From Gammaproteobacteria bacterium (GTDB lineage: Bacteria > Pseudomonadota > Gammaproteobacteria > Pseudomonadales > Pseudohongiellaceae): a stretch of DNA of 54,844 nucleotides. A model generated the notes under the pieces. It made no database searches. It was not told the DNA's origin and saw nothing but the letters and a program-made list of their open reading frames with translations. The position numbers and the translations under genes are program-made. Location: contig JAWLFN010000001.1 in the NCBI GenBank assembly GCA_041685555.1, forward strand, positions 1-54,844. Reading direction: 5' to 3'. Position 1 is the first letter of the stretch, and each line of letters opens with the position of its first letter. Shown here one piece after another: positions 1-10,568 of the stretch.

Positions 1-610
1 GCAGCTGTCGGTTCACGAATCGTCTCCAGTTCATGTCCGTGTCCTGCTCCGCCTCCATGCGATTGACCGGATCCGGCAGCGCCGAGTCCTCCTGTGGCAG
101 TGTGCCGACGCACCAGCCCTCCAGCAGGATGATGGCCGGTCTACGTTGTACGATCGGCCATTGCGAGTCGGGGACCCGGTCATCCCGGCTTTTGTCAAAA
201 AGGGGAAGCGCCACCGGTCGTTGCGGGCTGGCGTGGCCCAGTCGTTCCAGGGTGTCGGTGGCCATGGCGATGTCATGCGTCCCCGGCACACCGCGGGTGG
301 CCAGCAGGGGATGGACCCTGTCCGCCAGTTGCCGCCGGGCCATTCGCGTCAGGTAGAAATCATCCAGTGACAGGTGGATGGCCGGGCATTCGAATGTCCT
401 CTCCAGCACCAGTGAGAGTCCTCTTGCCAATGTGGACTTACCCGTACCCTGTGCACCGTTCATGCCAATGAGCAGCGGTCGGTCGGGTCGTACCTGCCGG
501 TGCAGCCAGGCTGCCAGTGACGGCAGGATGTCACGGAAAACACGCTCATAATGTTCCGGCAGCCTTTCACTGGAAAGAAAGTCGCGTTGCCAGGCTGGGG
601 AGTCGTTCAT
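1..610 (-). CDS. P-loop kinase (D-glycerate 3-kinase / uridine-kinase-like family). The N-terminus is in the window and the C-terminus lies beyond the left edge.
   Basis: Absent from the ORF track because the frame stays open to the window edge. The reverse complement from ATG 610-608 reads MNDSPAWQRDFLSSERLPEHYERVFRDILPSLAAWLHRQVRPDRPLLIGMNGAQGTGKSTLARG, with Walker A GAQGTGKST about 45 aa in. Confidence 0.6.
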   Translation of the reverse strand, partial: MNDSPAWQRDFLSSERLPEHYERVFRDILPSLAAWLHRQVRPDRPLLIGMNGAQGTGKSTLARGLSLVLERTFECPAIHLSLDDFYLTRMARRQLADRVHPLLATRGVPGTHDIAMATDTLERLGHASPQRPVALPLFDKSRDDRVPDSQWPIVQRRPAIILLEGWCVGTLPQEDSALPDPVNRMEAEQDTDMNWRRFVNRQL

Positions 611-769
611 CGGCTTTTCCTGTGTTGCGCACCACATTGGTGCGGTGCGATGTCGGGGGTTCCGGTGTGGTGCATCCGCGTTGGTTGGCTCCGTTTATGG
701 TAGCATTCAACGGTGCGCGGCGGTCCCGTGCCGCGGCACTCATTCACAGTTTTCCGACAGGTCCCATTC

Positions 770-1888
770 ATGCAGTCTTCTCTGATTCCGGAGCGACCAT
801 TGATCGTTTCGCCCACGCTGGCCGCCACCATCGGGCTGGAAGAGGCGGTCATGCTGCATGTGCTCAGCGAGCTGCTGAATCACCGCGGGCGCACCGCCAG
901 TGATGGCATGGATTGGGTCCAGCTCGACCAACAGGCGCTGATGGAGGCGCTTCCGTTCTGGGCCATGATCGATATCCGTCGTGTGCAGAAAAGCCTGCAG
1001 GATCTGGGCCTGATCCTGGTGAAAGCATCTTCCGGTCGCGACGACAGTTGGTATTTTGCCATCAATCAGCAGGGTGGCAGGACGGGACAGGAAACCACGC
1101 AGCGTGCCCGCGGCCCGCGGCCTGGCGGAGCGGCCGGGCCGGGCGCGAGCTACATTCCGCCTAACTGGGAGCCGTCCAGGGAGTGGATCGAGAAGTGCCG
1201 TCAGCATAATATCCCGGAGGCTTTTGTCCGTGGTCGCGTGGAGGAGTTCGTGCTGTACTGGCGCGAGCGTGGCCAGTCGCGCTTCTCCTGGGGTAATGCG
1301 TTCTACAAACATGTATTGCGCGAGTGGAGGCAGGAGCAAAGCCGGCAGGGCTTCAGCCGGCAGGAGGCGCCGATGTCGCCTGACTGGTGGCCCAGCGAGG
1401 AAGCGCGGGACATTCTGGTCAACGCGGGAGTCAGCCGCGATTTCATCGAGGACGCGGTGCCGGAGTTCGTGTTGTACTGGCGTGAACGCGGCGTGGCGCA
1501 TTCCGCCTGGAACAGCAAGTTCATCGAGCATATCCGTCGCCAGTGGGCGAAGTATGCAACGGCACTGTCGCGTGACAGCACGCCACGTCCGATCCCGGCA
1601 GACTGGGAGCCCAGCCCGGAGGTGTTCGAGATTCTGCGGCTGGCTGAAATCGATGAAGACTTTGCGCGGCGCAAGCTGCCGGAGTTCATCCTGTACTGGC
1701 GCGATGCGGGGCAGGCCCAGTCGTCCTGGAACACCCGATTCCTGCAATACATCAAATACAGCTGGGCCCGGCAACTGAACGGGCTGTCGGGAGGGCGAAA
1801 TGAAGGACATCAGTCAACTGCTGAGAACGGGCGACAGGGAGTTGAGGCAGCGTACCGCCGGTTCACGGACCGGAGCTGGGCCGACTGA
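770..1888 (+). CDS. Replication-associated protein: N-terminal winged-helix-like domain plus three tandem DnaT / lambda-O C-terminal-like repeats
   Basis: ORF 713..1888. I prefer the ATG at 770 (MQSSLIPERP). There are three 73-aa repeats, each carrying P-x-W-x-PS ... EF[VI]LYWR[ED].G ... W motifs. Confidence 0.7.
   Translation: MQSSLIPERPLIVSPTLAATIGLEEAVMLHVLSELLNHRGRTASDGMDWVQLDQQALMEALPFWAMIDIRRVQKSLQDLGLILVKASSGRDDSWYFAINQQGGRTGQETTQRARGPRPGGAAGPGASYIPPNWEPSREWIEKCRQHNIPEAFVRGRVEEFVLYWRERGQSRFSWGNAFYKHVLREWRQEQSRQGFSRQEAPMSPDWWPSEEARDILVNAGVSRDFIEDAVPEFVLYWRERGVAHSAWNSKFIEHIRRQWAKYATALSRDSTPRPIPADWEPSPEVFEILRLAEIDEDFARRKLPEFILYWRDAGQAQSSWNTRFLQYIKYSWARQLNGLSGGRNEGHQSTAENGRQGVEAAYRRFTDRSWAD
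1154..1768 (+). repeat. Three in-frame tandem repeats with an exact 219-nt period inside the CDS above
   Basis: gagttcgtgctgtactggcgcgagcgtggc (1244), gagttcgtgttgtactggcgtgaacgcggc (1463) and gagttcatcctgtactggcgcgatgcgggg (1682). Differences between copies are mostly synonymous. Confidence 0.85.
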
Positions 1889-2480
1889 CGACGGCGGTCG
1901 ACACGAAGATGTCGGGGGACCGGATCGGGTCGATGCCGTGAATCAGCTGTTCGCCGAGTTCGAACTGGCTTTCCACAATCAGTATCACAAGGCCTACGGG
2001 GATCCGGACCGTCTGGCGCTGACCAAGAAATACTGGCTGCAGAACCTGGCCGATTTCAGTCCGGCACAGATCGTGGCCGCGGCCAGAAAACTGGCGCGCA
2101 GTCAGGAGTTTCTGCCTACGCTGGCGGTGGTGATCCGGGCCTGCGAGGAGGGCGGCAGCCTGTTCGGTCTGCCGGAGGATTACCGGGCCTATGTGGAGGC
2201 CTGCCGTGCCCCCAGCCCGAAGAGCGCCCAGTCATGGAGTCACCCTGCCGTCTATCACGCGGGACGGGCCGCGGGCTGGCATCTGTTGGCCTCCGAGCCG
2301 GAGGATCGCGCCTTTCCGGTGTTCGCCCGGTATTATCGGGAACTGTGTCGGCGAGTGATGCGGGGGGAGAATGTCAGCGCTCCGGTGCCGCCGGCACTGG
2401 AAGAAAGTCCGACCCGGCCGTTGAGCGACAAGGAACGCGAACAGCGGCTGAACGCGATGCGCAGGGACCTGGACGTATGA
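1800..2480 (+). CDS. Phage lambda P-family protein (replicative helicase loader-like)
   Basis: Aligns by eye to lambda P: MKDISQLL vs MKNIAAQM, FLPTLAVVIRACEE vs FLPSPGQFVAWCRE, GLPEDYRAYVEAC vs GLPNVSELVDMVYEYC, RGENVSAPVP vs RGEAIPEPV. A GGAGG sequence sits 5 nt upstream of ATG 1800. Confidence 0.7.
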   Translation: MKDISQLLRTGDRELRQRTAGSRTGAGPTDDGGRHEDVGGPDRVDAVNQLFAEFELAFHNQYHKAYGDPDRLALTKKYWLQNLADFSPAQIVAAARKLARSQEFLPTLAVVIRACEEGGSLFGLPEDYRAYVEACRAPSPKSAQSWSHPAVYHAGRAAGWHLLASEPEDRAFPVFARYYRELCRRVMRGENVSAPVPPALEESPTRPLSDKEREQRLNAMRRDLDV

Positions 2481-2505
2481 CCGATATTGTCAGTGCGGGT
2501 GACCT

Positions 2506-2907
2506 TCAGTTACCGCTCCCGGGATGCCCCAGAGTGCTGAATTCGCGCTCCAGCATGCGGATGTCGCCAAGGTTCAGCTCCACCAGTCTGCGCAGGTGAG
2601 TGAGGCTGTCGAGGTCGATATTGCGGCATTTCAGTCCCAGGCCACGCTCGTGATGGTTGGCGACCAGGCATGTCATGCTGATCTGTATGTCTCCGCCAAG
2701 ATGGATGGTGGCTTCGATGGGCTGTTCGGGGTCGGGTGATTGTCCGGGCAGCAACCGGACCAGCATCCCCTGGAACGAGAGATCACGCAGTTGTACAACC
2801 CAGGCTTCATCGCCCTGCGTCAACACGGTCTCGGCATCAAAGAATACCCTGGTATAACGGCGATAACGGCTGGCATCCCTGTCAGACGTGTTGCTGTTCT
2901 GGTTCAT
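2506..2907 (-). CDS. Single-domain PilZ protein (c-di-GMP binding motifs present)
   Basis: ORF 2506..3090 trimmed to the ATG at 2907 (MNQNSN). Contains an RxxxR motif (RRYTR) and a DxSxxG motif (DLSFQG). Confidence 0.8.
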   Translation of the reverse strand: MNQNSNTSDRDASRYRRYTRVFFDAETVLTQGDEAWVVQLRDLSFQGMLVRLLPGQSPDPEQPIEATIHLGGDIQISMTCLVANHHERGLGLKCRNIDLDSLTHLRRLVELNLGDIRMLEREFSTLGHPGSGN

Positions 2908-2995
2908 GGTACTGACCCGTTGTCTTGTTTGTGGCCCCGTCTTCCCTGACAGGGTCATCGGCCGGGTTCCGGATAACTGGAGCCGCCCCCGGTGG

Positions 2996-4663
<1,668 letters not shown>

Positions 4664-4857
4664 GTCGACTGTGTCTCCGGAATTGCAACGGGTTCAAAAG
4701 TCGCTATCGTAACATTTCAGGCGGCTTCCTGCCTGCAGTGATGCCCCGCGGTTGGCAGATTGCGGATGCTCTGGAGGCCTGCATCATGTAAAATACCGCT
4801 CCACTGAAAATCCGTGGCCGGTCCGGGCCACGGACTGGCATCGCAACGGGGAGTTCC

Positions 4858-6111
4858 ATGTTTAGCCGTGATATGACCATTGCCGGGTTTGATCCCGAAC
4901 TGCAGGCCGCCATCGAGGGCGAGCGCGGGCGACAGGAAGAGCACATCGAACTGATCGCCTCCGAAAACTACACGAGTCCGCGTGTCATGGAGGCCCAGGG
5001 CAGTGTGCTGACCAATAAATACGCGGAAGGGTATCCGGGCAAGCGTTACTATGGCGGATGTGAGCATGTGGACGTGGTGGAGAACCTGGCCATCGATCGT
5101 GCCAGGAAGCTGTTCGGGGCCGATTACGCCAACGTCCAGCCGCATTCCGGCTCACAGGCCAACGCGGCCGTGTACATGGCCTTGCTCAAGCCGGGGGATA
5201 CGGTGCTGGGCATGAGTCTGGCCGATGGCGGTCACCTTACCCACGGTGCCAGCGTCAGTTTTTCCGGGCGGATGTACAACGCCGTCCAGTACGGGCTCAA
5301 CGATGAGACCGGCGAGATCGACTATGACGAGGTCGAGGCGCTGGCGAAGGAGCACCGGCCGAAAATGATCGTGGCCGGATTCTCCGCTTACTCTCGGGTG
5401 GTAAACTGGCAGCGGTTCCGGGAGATCGCCGATGCGGTCGGCGCCTACCTGCTGGTTGACATGGCGCATGTGGCGGGCCTGGTGGCCGCTGGCGCCTATC
5501 CCAGCCCGGTACAGATTGCCGATGTGATCACGACCACCACCCACAAGACCCTGGGAGGGCCCCGTGGCGGCATCATTCTGGCGAAGTCCAATCCCGAGCT
5601 GGAAAAGAAGCTGAATTTCTCGGTGTTTCCGGAGAGCCAGGGTGGCCCCCTGATGCATGTGATCGCCGGCAAGGCGGTCTGTTTTCTGGAAGCCATGAGT
5701 GAGGAATTCAGGGTCTATCAGCAGCAGGTGGTCAAAAATGCGCGCGTCATGGCGCAGGGATTCATCGAGCGTGGCTACGAAGTCGTCTCCGGCGGCACGG
5801 ATGATCACCTGTTTCTGCTCAGTCTGATCCGCCAGGACATCACCGGCAAGGATGCGGACGCGGCACTGGGCCGGGCTAATATCACCGTGAACAAGAATGC
5901 AGTGCCGAATGATCCACGGTCGCCATTCGTGACCAGCGGGTTGCGGATCGGCTCGCCGGCCATGACCCGGCGTGGGTTTGCTGAGCAGGAGGCGGCGCAG
6001 CTGACGGAGTGGATGTGCGATATTCTGGATGATATCGAGAACGAGGATACCATTTCGCGAGTCAAGGAACAGGTGCTGGCGCTGTGCGCCCGATTCCCTG
6101 TCTATCGGTGA
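4858..6111 (+). CDS. glyA: Serine hydroxymethyltransferase
   Basis: 417 aa. PLP-lysine motif [14 protein letters not shown] and typical full-length SHMT sequence. Confidence 0.97.
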   Translation: MFSRDMTIAGFDPELQAAIEGERGRQEEHIELIASENYTSPRVMEAQGSVLTNKYAEGYPGKRYYGGCEHVDVVENLAIDRARKLFGADYANVQPHSGSQANAAVYMALLKPGDTVLGMSLADGGHLTHGASVSFSGRMYNAVQYGLNDETGEIDYDEVEALAKEHRPKMIVAGFSAYSRVVNWQRFREIADAVGAYLLVDMAHVAGLVAAGAYPSPVQIADVITTTTHKTLGGPRGGIILAKSNPELEKKLNFSVFPESQGGPLMHVIAGKAVCFLEAMSEEFRVYQQQVVKNARVMAQGFIERGYEVVSGGTDDHLFLLSLIRQDITGKDADAALGRANITVNKNAVPNDPRSPFVTSGLRIGSPAMTRRGFAEQEAAQLTEWMCDILDDIENEDTISRVKEQVLALCARFPVYR

Positions 6112-6117
6112 TTCAGC

Positions 6118-6570
6118 ATGCATTGTCCGTTCTGTGGGGCATTGGATACCCGGGTAATTGATTCCCGACTGGTTGCCGAAGGCGACCAGATCCGGCGCCG
6201 ACGTGAATGTGTGACCTGTTCGGAACGATTCACGACCTACGAAGCGGCTGAACTGGTCATGCCCCGCATCATTAAACAGAATGGTGTACGTGAGCCGTTT
6301 GATGAGAACAAGCTGCATGCCGGCCTGATGAAGGCACTGGAAAAACGACCGGTCAGTATTGAGCGGGTTGATGAGGCGATCAATCGGATCAAGCACAACT
6401 TACGGGCCTGTGGTGAGCGGGAAATCTCTTCGCGAGAAGTGGGGGAGCAGGTGATGAGGGAGTTGCGCGGCCTGGATGAGGTCGCCTACGTCCGTTTTGC
6501 CTCGGTGTACCGCAGTTTCAAGGATCTCAACGAGTTCCGGGCAGAGATCGATCGACTATCCAGTGAATGA
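6118..6570 (+). CDS. nrdR: Transcriptional repressor NrdR
   Basis: [17 protein letters not shown] zinc ribbon followed by an ATP-cone; 150 aa. Confidence 0.95.
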   Translation: MHCPFCGALDTRVIDSRLVAEGDQIRRRRECVTCSERFTTYEAAELVMPRIIKQNGVREPFDENKLHAGLMKALEKRPVSIERVDEAINRIKHNLRACGEREISSREVGEQVMRELRGLDEVAYVRFASVYRSFKDLNEFRAEIDRLSSE

Positions 6571-6574
6571 TCCG

Positions 6575-7720
6575 ATGATTTCCACAGAGGGCATGACAGA
6601 CGCGGATCGCGATGCGATGTGGCGCGCTCTGGAGCTCGCATCCCGTGTTCTGACGGCAACGCCAAACCCGAGGGTCGGCTGCGTATTGGTCCGGGACGGC
6701 GAGCTGGTCGGAGAGGGATTTCATGCCAGGGCGGGCGAAGCTCATGCGGAAGCCGTCGCGCTGCAGCAGGCTGGCGACCGCGCCATCGGCGCCACGGCCT
6801 ATGTGACACTGGAGCCATGCTGCAACGCGGGGCGGACGCCTCCCTGTACGGATGCCCTGATCGAGGCGGGCGTCCATGAAGTGGTGTACGGAATGGAAGA
6901 CCCGAACCCGCGGGTGGCGGGTAAGGGACTGGTTCTGTTGCGCGAAGCGGGCATCCGCGTTCGGGGGCCGATGTTTGAGCAGCAGGCGCGTGCATTGAAC
7001 CCGGGATTCATCAAACGAATGCAGCGAGGATTGCCCCGCGTGCGCTGCAAGATGGCGATGAGTCTGGATGGACGCACTGCCATGGCATCCGGGGAAAGCC
7101 AGTGGATCACCGGGCCGGCGGCGCGGTCCGATGTCCAGCGTCTGCGGGCGGAGAGCTGTGCGGTGTTGACGGGTGTGAACACGGTCCTGGCGGACAATCC
7201 CTCGATGAATGTGCGGTCAGGGCAACTGGACAGGCCGGCTGCGGACGACATTGCACGCCGACAGCCCCTTCGCGCCGTGGTGGACTCCTCGCTGCGGACG
7301 CCGCCGGATTCACGTATCATCGTGCTGCCGGGTCAGGCCGTCTTTCTGGTGGCGGGCCCGCATGAACAACAATTGTCGCGGTTTGCGGACAGCCAGGCGC
7401 TGATCCGGGACGTCGGCAAGAATGCCGGTGCCCGGGTGGATCTGGAGAGAGCGCTGAGGAAACTGGCGACCGAGTTCGAGTGTAATGAGGTATTGCTGGA
7501 GGCAGGGCCGACGCTGAGCGGAGCCATGGTGCAGGCAGGTCTGGTGGACGAAGTGGTCATCTATATCGGTCCGAAGTTTCTGGGTAGTGATGCCATGCCA
7601 TTGCTGCACCTGCCGGGTCTGCAGTTGATGGCCGATCAGGTGGTACTGCAGATACTGGATCTTCAGCGGCTGGGCGATGACTGTCGGATCGTGGCCAGTG
7701 TGGAAGACGGTGCCAGGTAA
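6575..7720 (+). CDS. ribD: Bifunctional riboflavin biosynthesis protein RibD (deaminase/reductase)
   Basis: Deaminase motifs HAEAVAL and PCCNAGRTPPC plus a C-terminal reductase domain. Start trimmed from 6476 to the first ATG after the nrdR stop; 6593 is an alternative. Confidence 0.9.
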   Translation: MISTEGMTDADRDAMWRALELASRVLTATPNPRVGCVLVRDGELVGEGFHARAGEAHAEAVALQQAGDRAIGATAYVTLEPCCNAGRTPPCTDALIEAGVHEVVYGMEDPNPRVAGKGLVLLREAGIRVRGPMFEQQARALNPGFIKRMQRGLPRVRCKMAMSLDGRTAMASGESQWITGPAARSDVQRLRAESCAVLTGVNTVLADNPSMNVRSGQLDRPAADDIARRQPLRAVVDSSLRTPPDSRIIVLPGQAVFLVAGPHEQQLSRFADSQALIRDVGKNAGARVDLERALRKLATEFECNEVLLEAGPTLSGAMVQAGLVDEVVIYIGPKFLGSDAMPLLHLPGLQLMADQVVLQILDLQRLGDDCRIVASVEDGAR

Positions 7721-7750
7721 CCCGAATAGTAATCGAGCGGATGACGTAGC

Positions 7751-8428
7751 ATGTTCACAGGAATTATCGAAGCACTGGGTACGATGGAGTCGCTGCGGGC
7801 GCAAGGTGGTGAGCAGCGGCTCCGGATACGCAGTGAAGGTCTGGATCTGTCCGACGTGGAGCAGGGGGACAGCATTGCCGTCAGCGGTGTGTGTCTGACC
7901 GTGACCGATTTCGGGGCAGACTGGTTCGATGCCGACGTGTCCGCGGAAACGCTCCGGCTGACCACGTTGGGGCAATTGCGCGGCGGCGCGCCGGTCAACC
8001 TGGAGAAGGCGCTGACCCCCACCACCCGCCTGGGTGGTCACCTGGTCAGCGGTCATGTGGACGGAGTCGGCCGGCTGCTGAGCCGGGAGCCGGAAGGTGG
8101 CAGTATCCGACTGGTGTTCGAAGTGCCCCAGGAGCTGGCCCGGTATGTGGCCAGAAAAGGTTCCATCTGTATCGATGGTACCAGCCTGACAGTGAATGAT
8201 GTGCAGGGTGCCCGGTTTTCCGTCAACATCATCCCGCACACCCAGGATGCCACCATCATTCACGGTTATCAGGCTGGCTGTGATGTGAACCTGGAAGTCG
8301 ATGTCATCGCCCGTTACCTGGAGCGCCTGTTGACTGGGGGCGTGGCGGGGGATCGGGAAGGGCAGGGTGGTGGACTGACGGCCGCCTTTCTGTACGAGCG
8401 AGGGTTCGGCGCGCCGGGCTCCCATTGA
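7751..8428 (+). CDS. ribE: Riboflavin synthase (alpha chain)
   Basis: MFTGIIEALGT N-terminus and two lumazine-binding repeats. This gene is called ribC in E. coli nomenclature. Confidence 0.93.
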   Translation: MFTGIIEALGTMESLRAQGGEQRLRIRSEGLDLSDVEQGDSIAVSGVCLTVTDFGADWFDADVSAETLRLTTLGQLRGGAPVNLEKALTPTTRLGGHLVSGHVDGVGRLLSREPEGGSIRLVFEVPQELARYVARKGSICIDGTSLTVNDVQGARFSVNIIPHTQDATIIHGYQAGCDVNLEVDVIARYLERLLTGGVAGDREGQGGGLTAAFLYERGFGAPGSH

Positions 8429-8447
8429 ATATACCGACACTCTGGCG

Positions 8448-9596
8448 GTGAAGATGCACAGCATTGAAGAGATCATAGACGATATCCGGCAAGGCAAGAT
8501 GGTCATCCTGATGGATGACGAAGACCGCGAGAATGAGGGCGATCTGGTGATTGCCGCCGAGCGCGTGCGACCCGAGGACGTCAATTTCATGACGCGCTAT
8601 GCGCGCGGTCTGGTCTGCCTGACCCTGACGCGGGAACGTTGCGAGCACCTGCAACTGCCCTTGATGGTGAGCAGCAATAATACTCCTTATAACACCAATT
8701 TCACGGTCTCGATCGAAGCCGCGACCGGGGTGACCACTGGTATTTCCGCGGCGGACAGGGCTCGCACCATCCAGGTGGCGGTGGGGCGTGACACCGGCGC
8801 CGAGGATATCGTCCAGCCCGGTCACGTGTTTCCGATCATGGCGCAGCCCGGTGGAGTATTGCAGCGGGCCGGGCATACCGAGGCCGGTTGTGATCTGGCC
8901 CGTATGGCCGGATATACCCCGGCTTCGGCCATCGTGGAGATCATGAACGAGGATGGCACGATGGCCCGTCGTGCTGATCTTGAGATCTTTGCCGAGCAAC
9001 ACGGTCTGAAGATGGGCACCATCGTGGATCTGATCCACTATCGACTGGCCAATGAACAGACCGTCCTGCGCAAGGAAACTCAGGATGTACATACAGAGCA
9101 TGGTGTCTTCACGCTGCATGTGTTTGAGGATTTCATCCAGGGCGGGACGCATCTCGCGTTCACGCTGGGTGATATATCGCCGGACGATCCCACTCTGGTG
9201 CGCGTACACATTGGCAGTACGCTGCGGGATGTGTGCGATGTCTTGACTCCGGGTGGCACCAGCTGGTCATTCAGTCGCGCGCTGGAGCGGATCGCCCATG
9301 AAGGGAGGGGGGTAGCGGTGCTGCTGACGGGAGAGGAATACGAGGAAAACATTTCGGACAGTCTTCAGACCATCCTCAGTCCGGCCCGCAACCGGCGGTC
9401 ACAACAGCAGCGCGCCGGAAGCGATCTCACCATTGGCACCGGGTCGCAGATTCTGCGTGATCTTGGCGTGGGTAGAATGCGGCTGCTCAGCTATCCGGCC
9501 CGGTACAATGCGATTTCGGGTTTTGATCTGGAAGTGGTGGAATTCGTGCAGTTCGAGGAGCCGGACAACGACGGCGCAGACGGGAGTCAATCATGA
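8448..9596 (+). CDS. ribBA: 3,4-dihydroxy-2-butanone-4-phosphate synthase fused to a degenerate GTP cyclohydrolase II-like domain
   Basis: DHBP synthase motif [12 protein letters not shown]. The C-terminal domain aligns to RibA but lacks the Cys zinc ligands (see findings). Confidence 0.92.
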   Translation: MKMHSIEEIIDDIRQGKMVILMDDEDRENEGDLVIAAERVRPEDVNFMTRYARGLVCLTLTRERCEHLQLPLMVSSNNTPYNTNFTVSIEAATGVTTGISAADRARTIQVAVGRDTGAEDIVQPGHVFPIMAQPGGVLQRAGHTEAGCDLARMAGYTPASAIVEIMNEDGTMARRADLEIFAEQHGLKMGTIVDLIHYRLANEQTVLRKETQDVHTEHGVFTLHVFEDFIQGGTHLAFTLGDISPDDPTLVRVHIGSTLRDVCDVLTPGGTSWSFSRALERIAHEGRGVAVLLTGEEYEENISDSLQTILSPARNRRSQQQRAGSDLTIGTGSQILRDLGVGRMRLLSYPARYNAISGFDLEVVEFVQFEEPDNDGADGSQS

Positions 9597-10066
9597 GCAT
9601 CAGGGCAGTGGAAGGGGATTTTCAGCACACGACAGGGCGTTACGCATTGGTGGTGTCGCGGTTCAACAGTTTTGTCGTGGAGAGCCTGCTGGAGGGCGCC
9701 ATTGATGTGCTGCGCCGTCACGGCGTGGCCGAGGAGCGGATCACTGTGGTCCGGGCGCCGGGCGCGTGGGAGTTGCCATTGCTGACACGCAAGGTAGTGG
9801 CCACCGGACAATACGATGCGGTGGTGGCGCTGGGCGCGGTGATCCGCGGCGGTACGCCGCATTTCGAATATGTGGCCGGAGAATGTGTGAAGGGGCTCGG
9901 CCAGGTCAGCCTGGACAGCGGCATACCGGTGGCCTTTGGTGTGCTGACCGTGGATACTATCGAGCAGGCCATAGAGCGGGCCGGTACCAAGGCCGGCAAC
10001 AAAGGCGCCGAGGCGGCATTGAGCGCACTGGAGATGCTCAGTGTGATCAGTCGGCTGGAGCAGTGA
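9593..10066 (+). CDS. ribH: 6,7-dimethyl-8-ribityllumazine synthase
   Basis: 157 aa with typical lumazine synthase sequence ([24 protein letters not shown]). Overlaps the ribBA stop by 4 nt. Confidence 0.95.
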   Translation: MSIRAVEGDFQHTTGRYALVVSRFNSFVVESLLEGAIDVLRRHGVAEERITVVRAPGAWELPLLTRKVVATGQYDAVVALGAVIRGGTPHFEYVAGECVKGLGQVSLDSGIPVAFGVLTVDTIEQAIERAGTKAGNKGAEAALSALEMLSVISRLEQ

Positions 10067-10073
10067 GCAGACA

Positions 10074-10568
10074 ATGAGCCACGGTGGTAACAGAGTGGAA
10101 CAGGCAGGGGACGCGGGAAAGGGCAGCGGGACCAGAAAGGTCCGTCTGTCCGAACGGCACAAGGCACGCCGGATGATCCTGCAGGCGTTGTACCAATGGC
10201 ATATGGCCGGCGCGCCGGTGGCGGACATTCAGGCCGAGTTCCTGGCCTACTATCAGGGCAAGATCGATCGGGACTATTTTCGCGAGGTCTTCGCCGGGGT
10301 CGTGGGACAGGCAACCCATCTGGATGAACTGATGATGCCCATCCTGGACCGGGACGTGAAGAAGCTTGATCCGATCGAGCGATGCCTGCTGCGACTGGGA
10401 CTGTACGAACTGTCGGAGCGAGTGGACATTCCCTATCGGGTCGTGATCAACGAGGCGGTGGAACTGGCAAAGGTCTACGGAGCCACCGACAGCCACAAAT
10501 ACATCAACAGCATTCTGGACAAGGCCGCCGGTACGCTGAGGGCGACGGAACAGCGTGGCACTGGATGA
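10074..10568 (+). CDS. nusB: Transcription antitermination factor NusB
   Basis: 164 aa; ARRMILQALYQW and LLRLGLYEL motifs. Sits in the conserved position after ribH. Confidence 0.93.
   Translation: MSHGGNRVEQAGDAGKGSGTRKVRLSERHKARRMILQALYQWHMAGAPVADIQAEFLAYYQGKIDRDYFREVFAGVVGQATHLDELMMPILDRDVKKLDPIERCLLRLGLYELSERVDIPYRVVINEAVELAKVYGATDSHKYINSILDKAAGTLRATEQRGTG

Noticed and set aside
628-748. Small palindromes in the kinase / O-like divergent region: cgcacca-cat-tggtgcg at 628-644 and gtgccgcggcac near 737-748.
   Set aside because: These are short GC-rich palindromes of a kind expected by chance in high-GC DNA. The window offers no supporting repeat or known operator consensus.
1154-1768. 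The idea that the 219-nt repeats are origin iterons, as in the lambda O gene.
   Set aside because: The copies differ mostly at synonymous positions and conserve the amino-acid pattern. Protein-domain repetition therefore explains them. No short (about 18-20 bp) near-identical iterons or adjacent AT-rich unwinding region are visible.
6476-6574. N-terminal extensions of track ORFs: ribD 6476, pgpA 11373, GT 17500, anchored protein to 22911, HupE to 23489, cytochrome to 23937, L25 to 32399, prs to 33513, moeB 40225, PilZ to 3090.
   Set aside because: The extensions overlap the upstream gene or have a non-coding-like composition. Internal starts give N-termini that match the family, and several also have a Shine-Dalgarno sequence.
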